Sequence record: MK165087.1
Reading direction: 5' to 3' (one strand)
Origin: Escherichia phage BRET
Length of the DNA: 59,550 bases
Under the pieces are notes generated by a model. It was not told where the DNA came from. It saw nothing but the letters and a program-made list of their open reading frames with translations, and did no database searches. The position numbers and the translations under genes are program-made. Of the stretch, positions 38,634 to 48,299 are shown piece by piece. The number at the start of each line of letters is the position of its first letter. Positions within the stretch are counted from its first letter, which is position 1.

Positions 38634-39379
38634 TATTGTACCCCTTTGATTTTGTTAATGATTGCACCGAGATGTGGATATTCCATCTGTTCTAACGAAC
38701 CAGAACGATCTTTACATACATTTGACAGATCTGGTCTTGTCAGCAGATAACGAAAATCTGCTTGAGTATTTTGGTCTTTACCAACACTAATTTTGAAAAC
38801 TTCATCAAAAAAGTATGGTAATTCTGGACCTAATTTTGCACCAGGCATAGAAGGACCATAAGACGTAATACCTGTTAACTCGTCCTTATTACGGGACATT
38901 TTAGCTGCCATGTATACGTTAAGTCCAGGGATATCCCGAAAAGCACGAACCAACGTTTGCATCTTCTCAATGAGATCCCCATAAGCCTGACGCGGATCCT
39001 TCACAGTACGCTTCGCATTGTTAAGGCACTTTTCAGCAATCTCAGTAAGTGAATCCAGCGCAAGAGACTGAAAGCGCGGTAAACCATCTTCACCTACAGG
39101 GTTGTTTGCAGGGTTAGTCGCCCAAACATAAGCCTGCTCCACATCCTGGATATTTTCAACCGTGATGGTTGGAATATCGTAACAGATATCTGGTCTGTTT
39201 TCACCAAACACACGAGCAATGTTATTCGGTGTTAAAGACAGAAGCCCAGACTCTGCAGAAATCAGCAACGGTCTTGGAAGGGTTGCTGTAAGCATGGTCT
39301 TACCCATACCGGATTCACCATACACAAGCATCTTGACACCAGTGTCCAAAACTGCCTGCGCGGTAGTTGTAAATTGCAT
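38633..39379 (-). CDS. RecA-like ATPase (Sak4-like recombination protein)
   Basis: Walker A GESGMGKT at N-terminus, about 248 aa, within recombination module. Confidence 0.6.
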   Translation of the reverse strand: MQFTTTAQAVLDTGVKMLVYGESGMGKTMLTATLPRPLLISAESGLLSLTPNNIARVFGENRPDICYDIPTITVENIQDVEQAYVWATNPANNPVGEDGLPRFQSLALDSLTEIAEKCLNNAKRTVKDPRQAYGDLIEKMQTLVRAFRDIPGLNVYMAAKMSRNKDELTGITSYGPSMPGAKLGPELPYFFDEVFKISVGKDQNTQADFRYLLTRPDLSNVCKDRSGSLEQMEYPHLGAIINKIKGVQ

Positions 39380-39443
39380 AATTTGTTCCTTGTGTGGTTA
39401 CGGTTGCAATACTAGGACCTAATTAACCTGAATGCAAACGTGA

Positions 39444-40388
39444 TTATTCACTAATATCTGTTGGATCACGGAAACTTTGATGCGTAGGAATACGCAATTT
39501 GTCTTTCATACCGTGAGCAAAGAATTTCCATTTAGAAATCTTCCCAATGAATTCATCAGGATGCTCAAAATAATATTTACGTTCTTCGTGCGTAAGACGA
39601 CCAGCACCTACACGCATCTCTTGCCCGATCTCAATAAGATCTTCGAGTCCTTCTGGTACTGTAAGCACACGTACATCAAATGAGCCAACCATACCATTTG
39701 GAATCATATTTTCCTGATGGGATGAACGGAACGTTTGTCCTAATTCGTTAATCTGAGCCTCATTTGCATTGGTGCAACCCTCGATGATACGAATGATCTC
39801 ACCTTCACCATCAGTGAAACGTTTAATGCGGAGATAACCGCCTTCACGCTGCGTACTACGACCCCATTTATATTTCGCTTCAAGGTCACGAATAATAACA
39901 CCTTCGTATCCCATATCGAGCCAAATATTTTCCCACTCCAGGAGTTCTTGTTCGTTGTTGACCACATACAACGGCACAAGTTTCACGTCCATCAACTCGC
40001 CGTTAGCATGGCATTCGTCCACGTACTTCTTGAGCATATCATAACGCTCTTTGTACGGTAGATGTGCAACATTCGGTTCGCACAAATCGAACACATGCCA
40101 CGTCCAAACGTATTCACCTTCAATTTTAGATGTTGCACTACTTGTCTTGCGACATAAATCAAAGTCCGTTTCGTCCCCAACGGCAAGCTCACCGTCCATA
40201 CCATCATAGATGGGAGATCCAAATACCTTTGCGACCTGCTTATTTGCAAAAGATTTAAGACTTCGTCCAACAAGCTCCCCAAACGGTTTCATCCCACGAA
40301 CGCCGTCAATTTTAGGCATGATACCTACAGGGTATTTCTGTTTAGCTGAATCCCAATCTGTTGCTAGATAAGGTTTAAATCGAGCCAT
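39444..40388 (-). CDS. ATP-dependent DNA ligase
   Basis: Motif I KIDGVRG (adenylation lysine), about 314 aa. Confidence 0.75.
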   Translation of the reverse strand: MARFKPYLATDWDSAKQKYPVGIMPKIDGVRGMKPFGELVGRSLKSFANKQVAKVFGSPIYDGMDGELAVGDETDFDLCRKTSSATSKIEGEYVWTWHVFDLCEPNVAHLPYKERYDMLKKYVDECHANGELMDVKLVPLYVVNNEQELLEWENIWLDMGYEGVIIRDLEAKYKWGRSTQREGGYLRIKRFTDGEGEIIRIIEGCTNANEAQINELGQTFRSSHQENMIPNGMVGSFDVRVLTVPEGLEDLIEIGQEMRVGAGRLTHEERKYYFEHPDEFIGKISKWKFFAHGMKDKLRIPTHQSFRDPTDISE

Positions 40389-40965
40389 TGAAATTTACCT
40401 TTGTGTGTTCCCGAACAAGAAGTTTTAACTTCCTAACCCAAGATTGTTGTTTCTCAATGTTAACTTTCTTCGGTTTAGGAATAACGGATTTTGCTGTATC
40501 TACTTTTAACTTATCGTAGTCCATGCGTCGTCTACCTTTTCGCATGTGCATACCCGCAATTTCATCACACTTGTCTTGCGCAAGACTACGGGAATCCATC
40601 CTACCCGAATGACCTTTAACATGACGGAATTGGAAACTAAGTCTATTCTCGACAATAGTATCCATGAACCATTTATATACTTGCTGTTCTTCTCCTCTCG
40701 GTGGACGCTTACCTTCGAACATATGGATTGCTGCTTTGCAATCCGTCTGGAATAATATAACGTCGTTTGTGTAGATAAGTCCAGCTTCTATACCGTGATA
40801 TAAACCGTTAGCTACTGCAATACATTCAACTACAGTATTATCCGTGTGACCATGTGCAGAGCCGCCAAAAGCCTTCTTACCCCGTTTGGAGGCTACCCAA
40901 ATTCCATAGCCTCCACATTTAGTACGGTGACAGAACGACGCATCCGATATTATCGTGATGAGCAT
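40375..40965 (-). CDS. ribonuclease H-like protein
   Basis: ISDASF...E...TDC...HVKGHSG...DKCDEIA arrangement resembling RNase HI catalytic residues. Confidence 0.55.
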   Translation of the reverse strand: MLITIISDASFCHRTKCGGYGIWVASKRGKKAFGGSAHGHTDNTVVECIAVANGLYHGIEAGLIYTNDVILFQTDCKAAIHMFEGKRPPRGEEQQVYKWFMDTIVENRLSFQFRHVKGHSGRMDSRSLAQDKCDEIAGMHMRKGRRRMDYDKLKVDTAKSVIPKPKKVNIEKQQSWVRKLKLLVREHTKVNFNGSI

Positions 40966-41391
40966 TTAACCCTTCTTAACAGCGATCTTAACCTGTGGAG
41001 AACCTGGAGTTGTGGTCACACATTCATCAAAGATTGCCAACTGTTCCGGTGTTAACTGACGGTATTTAGCAACTCGAAGTTCTACTTTAGTTTCAGTAAC
41101 TTCGTTGACGTCAACTCCAGCTTTTACAAGATCTGGAAGGATTTGACTAAAGATAGCCTTATCAACTTTATGCGTATAAGGTTGAGTTACAACAAGGTCA
41201 TCACCTGTATCAAGTTTGATCTTGTTAGTATTTTCGTTAAGGCCATCAGGAAAGAAGACGCTAACCACACTTTGGCGCAGTGCGCGTTCTTGCGCTTGCA
41301 CTTTGGCTAATTCTTCTTTCTTAGAATACCAGTTGTAAAGGAGTTCGTACTTCTGCTCTTCAGTTAAGTTCATTTCTGGTAACTGGACCAT
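40966..41391 (-). CDS. hypothetical protein
   Basis: 141-aa ORF packed in the operon. Confidence 0.45.
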   Translation of the reverse strand: MVQLPEMNLTEEQKYELLYNWYSKKEELAKVQAQERALRQSVVSVFFPDGLNENTNKIKLDTGDDLVVTQPYTHKVDKAIFSQILPDLVKAGVDVNEVTETKVELRVAKYRQLTPEQLAIFDECVTTTPGSPQVKIAVKKG

Positions 41392-41400
41392 GTTATCACC

Positions 41401-41718
41401 TTATTGCAAAGATAAAGATACAGTAATAAAGTTTCTTGTCTGAATATCACTACTTACATTTTTGTCATCCATTGTGGATTCTACGAACTGCATTACTTCC
41501 TTCGTAGACATACCCGATTCTGAAGCTGTTCTTGCAGCTTTACACAGACCGATGCTAGTCTTAATGACGTTATCGGCGTACTTCTTATCAATATTGTAAC
41601 GCTCATTCTTAATAAGAATGTCTTTATTTACAATGTCTGAAACAGTTTCGCAATTGAACGTATATGCGTTCGCGTTGACACATACAACCAATCCTAACAA
41701 AACAAGTAGCTTTTTCAT
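41401..41718 (-). CDS. putative secreted / periplasmic protein
   Basis: N-terminal signal-peptide-like MKKLLVLLGLVVCVNANA. Confidence 0.5.
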   Translation of the reverse strand: MKKLLVLLGLVVCVNANAYTFNCETVSDIVNKDILIKNERYNIDKKYADNVIKTSIGLCKAARTASESGMSTKEVMQFVESTMDDKNVSSDIQTRNFITVSLSLQ

Positions 41719-41788
41719 TTCTAGCTCCTTTTCTTAATGAGGGTATGTTACCCAACTAAAATGCTGATGTAAATACCCTCGGAGCTTA

Positions 41789-42322
41789 TTACAACTTACC
41801 AGTAGAACCAAAACCACCGCGGCCTGTTTCTTCTACAATACCAGAAACAATACGCGTACGAACCAACTCCACAAGACGTGCCTGTGCAATACGTTCGCCA
41901 ACCTGAACTGTGTAAGGTTCACTAGAGTCGTTATGCAGACGTATCTTCAACTCATCACGGTAATCTTGATCTATGATACCAATACAGTTACCTAAACGAA
42001 TCCCGTGTTTAAACCCGTGACCGCTACGTGAATAAACTTCCAGGCCGTAACCATGAGGGATCTGTAGCTTAATACCCGTGCTGAACGTATACGCACGACC
42101 TGCATAGATAGTCACGGGCTCTGGTTCATCCGCATAGATATCAAAGCACATAGAACCTGGAGTAGCGAATCGTGGCATTTGAGCAGTGTCAGTAAGAAGC
42201 TCCACAATTAGCTGTTCCGCAGTGATACCTTTCACAGCACCGTTTTGAACTGAAATAGTACCCTTGACAGTTACATCTTTCATAATGTTAGACATATTGT
42301 CTTTCTCAGTCATGTTCTTCAC
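41789..42322 (-). CDS. dut: dUTP diphosphatase
   Basis: dUTPase motifs (RSG, GIIDQDYRDE, RGGFGSTG). Confidence 0.75.
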   Translation of the reverse strand: MKNMTEKDNMSNIMKDVTVKGTISVQNGAVKGITAEQLIVELLTDTAQMPRFATPGSMCFDIYADEPEPVTIYAGRAYTFSTGIKLQIPHGYGLEVYSRSGHGFKHGIRLGNCIGIIDQDYRDELKIRLHNDSSEPYTVQVGERIAQARLVELVRTRIVSGIVEETGRGGFGSTGKL

Positions 42323-42461
42323 TCTCTTTATCAGACAGACGTTGTTCCCATTGTTGCTTTAACTGATAATAACGATAAGCGTCCTCACCAGTTTCAGCTT
42401 CCCGTTGCATACGTTCACACCATTGAACAGGACTTTCCTCACAGCTCACTTCTTACACCTC

Positions 42462-42923
42462 CTAAGCGTGGCCGTTTCTCTTGATATATTCATAAGCATG
42501 TGATTTAAAGATCATGCGAAAATCCTCCAGGGATATTTCACATCTTGGAGGATCTTCTTTGTGATGTTTCGCTTCATCAGCGAAAAGCATGATAGGGTTC
42601 ATATACAGGACTACGCGCCAGGGCTTTTTATTCTGACGGTACATAAGAACTGGAAACTTGTCTGCTTCCAATGCACTCTTAACACACTGCGCCCACCATG
42701 TGTTAATTGATAGCTGCTCCTGTCGTTTAACTTCTACCGCATAGAAACAGGTATTTGTGATATCACAACCACCTACAGCACTCTGATTCTGGTTACGTTG
42801 TGCTATGGGCTTTTCTGGATAAGTCATTCCAAGAGCGGCGTAAACTTCTTCGTAGATATCATTAAAGAATTTGCAGATCTCACGCTCACCTGTTTGACCT
42901 TTAGTACAAGGATTAGCTCCCAT
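42462..42923 (-). CDS. putative PD-(D/E)XK nuclease (Holliday-junction-resolvase-like)
   Basis: GE.E...D...AVEVK pattern; GGAG RBS before second ATG. Confidence 0.4.
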   Translation of the reverse strand: MGANPCTKGQTGEREICKFFNDIYEEVYAALGMTYPEKPIAQRNQNQSAVGGCDITNTCFYAVEVKRQEQLSINTWWAQCVKSALEADKFPVLMYRQNKKPWRVVLYMNPIMLFADEAKHHKEDPPRCEISLEDFRMIFKSHAYEYIKRNGHA

Positions 42924-42940
42924 GTTATAAATCTCCATTC

Positions 42941-42969
42941 AAAAAAATAGGGGGTACACAAGTACCCCC
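42941..42969 (-). terminator. rho-independent terminator (minus strand)
   Basis: GGGGGTAC-acaa-GTACCCCC perfect 8-bp stem followed on the minus strand by TATTTTTTT. Confidence 0.5.
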
Positions 42970-43110
42970 GAAAGCGAAGCATATAATAGATAATAACATG
43001 TCAGCGAGAGGCAGCCTTCGAAAAGGGGTAATCTACCAACCACTCTCGCAAATAATGTTAACCCGTTTACATGTTTGATTACAATACACGAATTCGTCAG
43101 AATTCACAGG

Positions 43111-43386
43111 TCATACAGTACATTTTTTCCAATGGCCCATAGAAAATGACAGCGAAGTACAGACAACTTCCAGCCCGTCATCATCACGAACCACAGGCAA
43201 AGCTAAGCCGCTACGGGCGTTATGTACAGTGCGGTGTACTCTATACACAGAGTTATGCGTAAAGCGCCGCGTGTTCGCGTTTGTGCAGCGTAATAACGCT
43301 CCGATATGTACAAGTGGAGCAGGCATAGTAAAACCAATCATTAAATCCTTCTCTTTCTTATTAGGCTGGCGTACAGTTACATTCAT
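43111..43386 (-). CDS. hypothetical protein
   Basis: 91-aa ORF; ATGA overlap with the upstream small ORF. Confidence 0.4.
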   Translation of the reverse strand: MNVTVRQPNKKEKDLMIGFTMPAPLVHIGALLRCTNANTRRFTHNSVYRVHRTVHNARSGLALPVVRDDDGLEVVCTSLSFSMGHWKKCTV

Positions 43387-43562
43387 TGTGTCGTCCCCTC
43401 ATTTAAAGATTCCAGGCGCTCACCTAACAAAATGAGCGATTTAATTTGATGTGGTTTCTTACCAAGATGTTCAGCAATGTGGTTATAAGTAAAACCTTTC
43501 TCCCGCATACGATAAGCAGTAATAGCGGCATTGCGATTGCGGATATCGGTTTTCTTACTCAT
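43383..43562 (-). CDS. small HTH-like DNA-binding protein (59 aa)
   Basis: Hand-translated ORF below the track cutoff (MSKKTDIRNRNAAITAYRMREKGFTYNHIAEHLGKKPHQIKSLI...), helix-turn-helix-like, coupled to neighbours. Confidence 0.35.
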   Translation of the reverse strand: MSKKTDIRNRNAAITAYRMREKGFTYNHIAEHLGKKPHQIKSLILLGERLESLNEGTTQ

Positions 43563-43867
43563 GGTAAACTAATTCTCCTTAATTTAGCTTCAATACGATT
43601 AATTAACATTGAGATACTACGATCTGCAATCATATGATGTGGTTCGTAGTAACCGTATGCCCAATAGTTTACCTCTTGCCCGCAATGATTACAATTAATC
43701 TTTGACTCGCACACAGGTGAATAGTATCCATCAACTTGAGCTACAACAGTTTCTGTAAATTCAGTGTGACCACACTTTGGGCACTGTATACACTTCATTT
43801 CCTTGTCGTAGTTTGAGCGAAAAGTATAAGGCTTCCACCCTAACACCTTGTATATTTTGCTAGGCAT
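43559..43867 (-). CDS. zinc-ribbon protein
   Basis: CxxC...CxxC pairs (CIQCPKCGH...CNHCGQ). Confidence 0.45.
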   Translation of the reverse strand: MPSKIYKVLGWKPYTFRSNYDKEMKCIQCPKCGHTEFTETVVAQVDGYYSPVCESKINCNHCGQEVNYWAYGYYEPHHMIADRSISMLINRIEAKLRRISLP

Positions 43868-44106
43868 TAGTGTAGATTCTCTTTAGGTTGTTCTTCGCTC
43901 GTCATAAGATGAGCTAATACGCTACATGTGTTTGATTTCTGCCAGGCTTTCTCAATTTCATCTAACGAGGATTCTGGTTTACATAAGCGATAGGCTTCCA
44001 TGAAGGAATTCTGGGCTGCTTCAATGATTGCCAGAGACACCAACACTCTTTCGTCTATCATTGTCATCATTTCTTCACATTTATTACACATATTATTTCT
44101 CCTCAA
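43867..44106 (-). CDS. hypothetical protein
   Basis: 79-aa ORF with start/stop overlaps. Confidence 0.4.
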   Translation of the reverse strand: MRRNNMCNKCEEMMTMIDERVLVSLAIIEAAQNSFMEAYRLCKPESSLDEIEKAWQKSNTCSVLAHLMTSEEQPKENLH

Positions 44107-44312
44107 TATTTATCAGAAATTATACCTAGTTTATCTTCAATTATTTCAATTCGTGTCAATAATCTATCAATATACTCGGACTTAGTGTCTTCATCTATAC
44201 GATGTGATTGATTAGAACCGCAATTCGGACAGATGTACTGGTTAGTTAACACTTCCCTCTGAGAAGGTCGATCCATACCAGCTTCGCATTCATTGCAGTA
44301 TATAAAGGCCAT
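44103..44312 (-). CDS. zinc-ribbon protein
   Basis: CNEC...CPNCG motif. Confidence 0.45.
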   Translation of the reverse strand: MAFIYCNECEAGMDRPSQREVLTNQYICPNCGSNQSHRIDEDTKSEYIDRLLTRIEIIEDKLGIISDKY

Positions 44313-44328
44313 TTATTTCTCCAGTGTC

Positions 44329-44550
44329 CTAATCATCAATTAATGTGATATCATCCACAAAAAATAAGCTATCGTTCTGGATACATTTACGTCGATTAAT
44401 AATATCTTCGACATTGTAGTCCATCAAGGAAGGGTACTCGACCTCATCCTTCATACAAGGCCCATACACACTCAGACCCAACTCAGCTAGATGTTGCATG
44501 AATCCTTCAAGAGATTTTTTAGTATAAATTGTCGTTTTTAATTTACCCAT
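44329..44550 (-). CDS. hypothetical protein
   Basis: 73-aa ORF. Confidence 0.4.
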   Translation of the reverse strand: MGKLKTTIYTKKSLEGFMQHLAELGLSVYGPCMKDEVEYPSLMDYNVEDIINRRKCIQNDSLFFVDDITLIDD

Positions 44551-44586
44551 CGCCCACTCCTTAAATCTTTAATGACAAACTGGAAG

Positions 44587-44784
44587 TTAAAAGAACGCAC
44601 CAGTAAGTACATACAACACAGCGTCGCGCAGTGTTGGTAACAAGGGCGAGCAGTTAGGAACGTTGTAGAATTTACGTGATCCCACTTTAACACTTACGAT
44701 TGTAATGGAACGTTTATTACGCTCTACTGCGTAGAGGCCCCCACCAAGACGGCGGACTTTATAAAGAGGTTGATGCTTTTGCAT
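44587..44784 (-). CDS. hypothetical protein
   Basis: 65-aa ORF. Confidence 0.35.
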   Translation of the reverse strand: MQKHQPLYKVRRLGGGLYAVERNKRSITIVSVKVGSRKFYNVPNCSPLLPTLRDAVLYVLTGAFF

Positions 44785-44800
44785 GTTTTAACTCCTTTCT

Positions 44801-45079
44801 TTATTTGCTGACACGTATGGCTCTACCAGTTAAGAAGGTGTACCCACAGTGCCGCATTAAGTCACGTTCTTCTATTACACTTCGTAACTGGCGTGACAGC
44901 GTTTCATAGTAAGGACGGACTTCGTTCTTACTTATGGCTAAAGCATAGGCGAACAGTTGTTCCGAGTCAATACGATTAGACTTGATTCTTTTGATCGCCT
45001 GCTCAATTCCTGGGAACTCCTCATCCTGGTATAGAGCACCGTACACAATTTTAATAGCTGCTAGATTGTAACTGGACAT
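44801..45079 (-). CDS. hypothetical protein
   Basis: 92-aa ORF. Confidence 0.4.
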   Translation of the reverse strand: MSSYNLAAIKIVYGALYQDEEFPGIEQAIKRIKSNRIDSEQLFAYALAISKNEVRPYYETLSRQLRSVIEERDLMRHCGYTFLTGRAIRVSK

Positions 45080-45114
45080 TTGACCCTCGGACGTAAAATA
45101 ATTCTTGATACCTA

Positions 45115-45142
45115 TTGCATTCCTAAGGAAATGCTCTATAGT
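45115..45142 (+). promoter_or_regulatory. candidate sigma70-type promoter
   Basis: TTGCAT-N16-TATAGT about 35 nt upstream of the lone plus-strand ORF at 45178. Confidence 0.3.
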
Positions 45143-45177
45143 ATGTATTATACAGTTTGTAAGCGGAGGAACACAAA

Positions 45178-45402
45178 ATGACTCACCAAGATCTTATAAA
45201 AAGAAACATCAGAACTGCAATGAACAAATCAGAGGAATTCTTATTTGAGCAAGGTAGTTCGATAATAAAATATGAATATATGGGATCCTCAACTGTGGTT
45301 ACATTTGAGAACGATCAGTATCACATTGGAGATTTTTCAACACCGGATTACGACGAGATGTTTGAATACGTTGTATGTGGGTTCTTGGAGTTACACGAAT
45401 AA
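45178..45402 (+). CDS. hypothetical protein (lone plus-strand gene in the minus-strand block)
   Basis: 74-aa ORF with GGAGGA RBS, own promoter candidate and a terminator right after the stop. Confidence 0.45.
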   Translation: MTHQDLIKRNIRTAMNKSEEFLFEQGSSIIKYEYMGSSTVVTFENDQYHIGDFSTPDYDEMFEYVVCGFLELHE

Positions 45403-45406
45403 TATA

Positions 45407-45432
45407 ATGGGCGCATATAGCGCCCATTTTTT
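45407..45432. terminator. bidirectional rho-independent terminator
   Basis: ATGGGCGC-atata-GCGCCCAT followed by TTTTTT; lies between convergent genes. Confidence 0.6.
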
Positions 45433-47980
45433 ATAACTTAATGACTTCGTTCATTCTCTCAATGTCTACCAAATAACACTTCATTCTCGGTGGTGTAAAC
45501 TCTGCACCGAAGAAACTTGTAAAGTCCATTGGCCTCATCTCGGTAAGAACTTCCATAGACATCAGACCATAGATTGTATTGTCTATGACTTGCAAGATGT
45601 TGTCATTTCTTGTCTGTTTAAAAGCCTTAAACTGGCGGCATACTGTGCATAAATCACTCCTTGTGACAATAAATGCGTCCTTAAACATGGGAAACCGTTT
45701 ATACACGCCAGCTTTAACTTCCCCATCCAAGAACTTCTTAATGGAATTCAGCATTATCTTCTCACGGCTTGTACTGTCGGTAGAACCGATCTGCCCACTG
45801 TTACGCTTCTCTAAGAAACGCTCGTTACCCTGATCAATAAATGACTCAGCCCAACGATAATGTTCCATAGTAACAACAGGTCGTTCACTGTTATCAGCCA
45901 CAGCAAGAAGAGAAGCGATACGCAATACCTTCAACGCCTTCCTTGTGTACATCTGACGAATTACTTCGTCTTGTACCTGCTCACCATCATTGCCGCTGTT
46001 CAGGAACTTCGCAACAACATTATCAAGATTATCAAATGCTTCGTGTACCTCTGCTTCCATTTCAACATAGCATGGGGCAGTCCCTGACATAATGCGCACA
46101 GCTTGTTTATAGATAGCTCCAATAGTGCGCAGAATTGCTTCTGGATATTCCAGGAGCATACTCTTATTCATCAACGGTCGGTTAGCAGTACATTCCCATG
46201 CAATAATACGTGACATGAAACCACTAGACATCATGCGGTCATCCACGTTCCCGTAAAATTCATCTGGTGTTGTTTCACCTGCAAAGCTATACGCCTTAAC
46301 TTTACCGCCAGCAGTTGTATTGTCTTTGCTAGAGTGTTTTGAACCACCTGAGAAAGCGTAGAAATGCCCCTTATCATAAAGGGAAAGCATTTCATCCATA
46401 ATGTCTTTAGCTTTACCAACTTCCATCTTACCATTACGGAAAAACGCACCGACTTCAGTCTTATAGTTAATGGATGAGCCACAGGACATAACTGACGTAT
46501 CCATTATGACGTCCTTGCGCAATGCAGCATCAGACGCATATGTACTTGTATCCAGGACACGTTCAATACCAAATATCTGCTGCCCGTCCTGGCCGCCATA
46601 ATTGGATACTTGAGAAAGAATAGTTTCAATGTTAGAGCGAAACGCTTCTTTACCAATACCAGAACGTGCAATCAGTACAAAGTAGTTATTCAAACCACTT
46701 CGTGTGACTGTGTTCCACGCCTTACCGCACATACCACTAAATAAAGCAAGAGCAGACAGAATACTAATGTCTTTAATAGGCAACAAGCTCGCTTTATACA
46801 TATTACGAGCAACCTCACCCATAAATCCTGGAGGCCAAGCTAAACCGTCTGCCTGTTCTTCAGTGTAATTACCATCTGTGGTCAACACCTCTTCAGGTGG
46901 GCGTTCTGGTGTAGTTGCCTGACGCAGTTTCTCCGTGCGCTCTATAGCTGCATTAACGTTATTCTGAACTATCTGCATAAGTCCCATAGATTTAACATGG
47001 GCATCGTAGCGATAGTTGCGAATCATTCTATCCAGGTGGTACGGACGCTTAATTTTTTCACCAGGCATACGACGTGAATCATCGTAACGACTACTCATTG
47101 GTGAATACATGAATAGGCGTCTTACCTGGAAATTGTACTTGCTCTTAAAGCAAAGAAAGTCAATTAATGCAAATTCTGCTTCAGACTGAGAAGGGAAACA
47201 GCGTTCACCGATAGAAGTATCAACTTCTTCAGCTCTCCAACGACCTTCCCATAGCTGTTTAAACAACGTTCCGTTTTCTTGTTCGCACAACTGGATATAA
47301 ACATCCTGATCTTCCATTGCATATGGATCATTACTGAAATCTTCTTCAGTAAGTTCCAACATTTGGAAGCCATCGGATTCATTAATTTCACTCATCTCTG
47401 ACATAAGCTGATGAATGAGATTAGCAATATATCCTTCGCTTTCACTACCTGGAGCACCAGACACAGTGCGTGGAGTAACATCCCAGTGATCACCTGTACA
47501 GATAATGAAGCGATACTGTGAATATACTTCTACACCATCACGGCGCTTACCAGCTTGAGGGATGGAATAAATCCATGTATGCAACCCATCACCGCTTCTG
47601 GAAATTTCCGTATAACTGTGGAACGATTCAACAATCTTCTTATATCGCTCGCCAGCAACTTTCTTTTCCATTTCAGACATGGTGTCTTTAATATCCATGT
47701 CTATACAACAGAACGGATCACTTGGAAGTAGATAGAAACCTAGACGCAGATTATGACCGATTTCGTTATAGTAACGAATACAACGTTCCGCATCTTCAAA
47801 GGACATTAGTAAATGCAAGTTAGACGGTTTTTTATCGTTGCCGTCTTTACGAAGTGGGACCATATCCCCTAAATCATCGTCCCATACATAAGGTTGTTTT
47901 TCTGATGATGTACCTGGATGAAAACCGCAGACAGCCCACTGTTCGTATTGTTTAATTTCTTGAGGAAAAAGTTCCAGCAT
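45431..47980 (-). CDS. primase-helicase (primase-polymerase-like N-terminus plus P-loop helicase C-terminus)
   Basis: 849 aa; N-terminal acidic motifs (CIDMDIK, SGDGLH) and C-terminal P-loop (ARSGIGKE). Confidence 0.65.
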   Translation of the reverse strand: MLELFPQEIKQYEQWAVCGFHPGTSSEKQPYVWDDDLGDMVPLRKDGNDKKPSNLHLLMSFEDAERCIRYYNEIGHNLRLGFYLLPSDPFCCIDMDIKDTMSEMEKKVAGERYKKIVESFHSYTEISRSGDGLHTWIYSIPQAGKRRDGVEVYSQYRFIICTGDHWDVTPRTVSGAPGSESEGYIANLIHQLMSEMSEINESDGFQMLELTEEDFSNDPYAMEDQDVYIQLCEQENGTLFKQLWEGRWRAEEVDTSIGERCFPSQSEAEFALIDFLCFKSKYNFQVRRLFMYSPMSSRYDDSRRMPGEKIKRPYHLDRMIRNYRYDAHVKSMGLMQIVQNNVNAAIERTEKLRQATTPERPPEEVLTTDGNYTEEQADGLAWPPGFMGEVARNMYKASLLPIKDISILSALALFSGMCGKAWNTVTRSGLNNYFVLIARSGIGKEAFRSNIETILSQVSNYGGQDGQQIFGIERVLDTSTYASDAALRKDVIMDTSVMSCGSSINYKTEVGAFFRNGKMEVGKAKDIMDEMLSLYDKGHFYAFSGGSKHSSKDNTTAGGKVKAYSFAGETTPDEFYGNVDDRMMSSGFMSRIIAWECTANRPLMNKSMLLEYPEAILRTIGAIYKQAVRIMSGTAPCYVEMEAEVHEAFDNLDNVVAKFLNSGNDGEQVQDEVIRQMYTRKALKVLRIASLLAVADNSERPVVTMEHYRWAESFIDQGNERFLEKRNSGQIGSTDSTSREKIMLNSIKKFLDGEVKAGVYKRFPMFKDAFIVTRSDLCTVCRQFKAFKQTRNDNILQVIDNTIYGLMSMEVLTEMRPMDFTSFFGAEFTPPRMKCYLVDIERMNEVIKL

Positions 47981-47989
47981 GTTATTACC

Positions 47990-48226
47990 TTAAAACGTAG
48001 CGGGATTAATTTCAAATAACGAACGGGATGGTACAACATCAAAGTTGACATCTACCAGCTTAAAAGAATTCGTGTAAACACACCATGTACCGACCTTTTC
48101 ATTAAAGACGGGCTTGTCATTATTAAATGCGTACACGCAACCATCAGAATCTGTTGCAATATATCTTGTATCTTTTGGTACTTCTACATCTGAACCATAA
48201 TAGTGAACGGTAATTAAATCTGACAT
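47990..48226 (-). CDS. hypothetical protein
   Basis: 78-aa ORF with AGGAGA RBS. Confidence 0.4.
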   Translation of the reverse strand: MSDLITVHYYGSDVEVPKDTRYIATDSDGCVYAFNNDKPVFNEKVGTWCVYTNSFKLVDVNFDVVPSRSLFEINPATF

Positions 48227-48299
48227 GTTATTCTCCTACGATCCATTAGGACACACATAGTATATACTGATGGATCGCAGGGGGTTAACCCCCTGCAGA

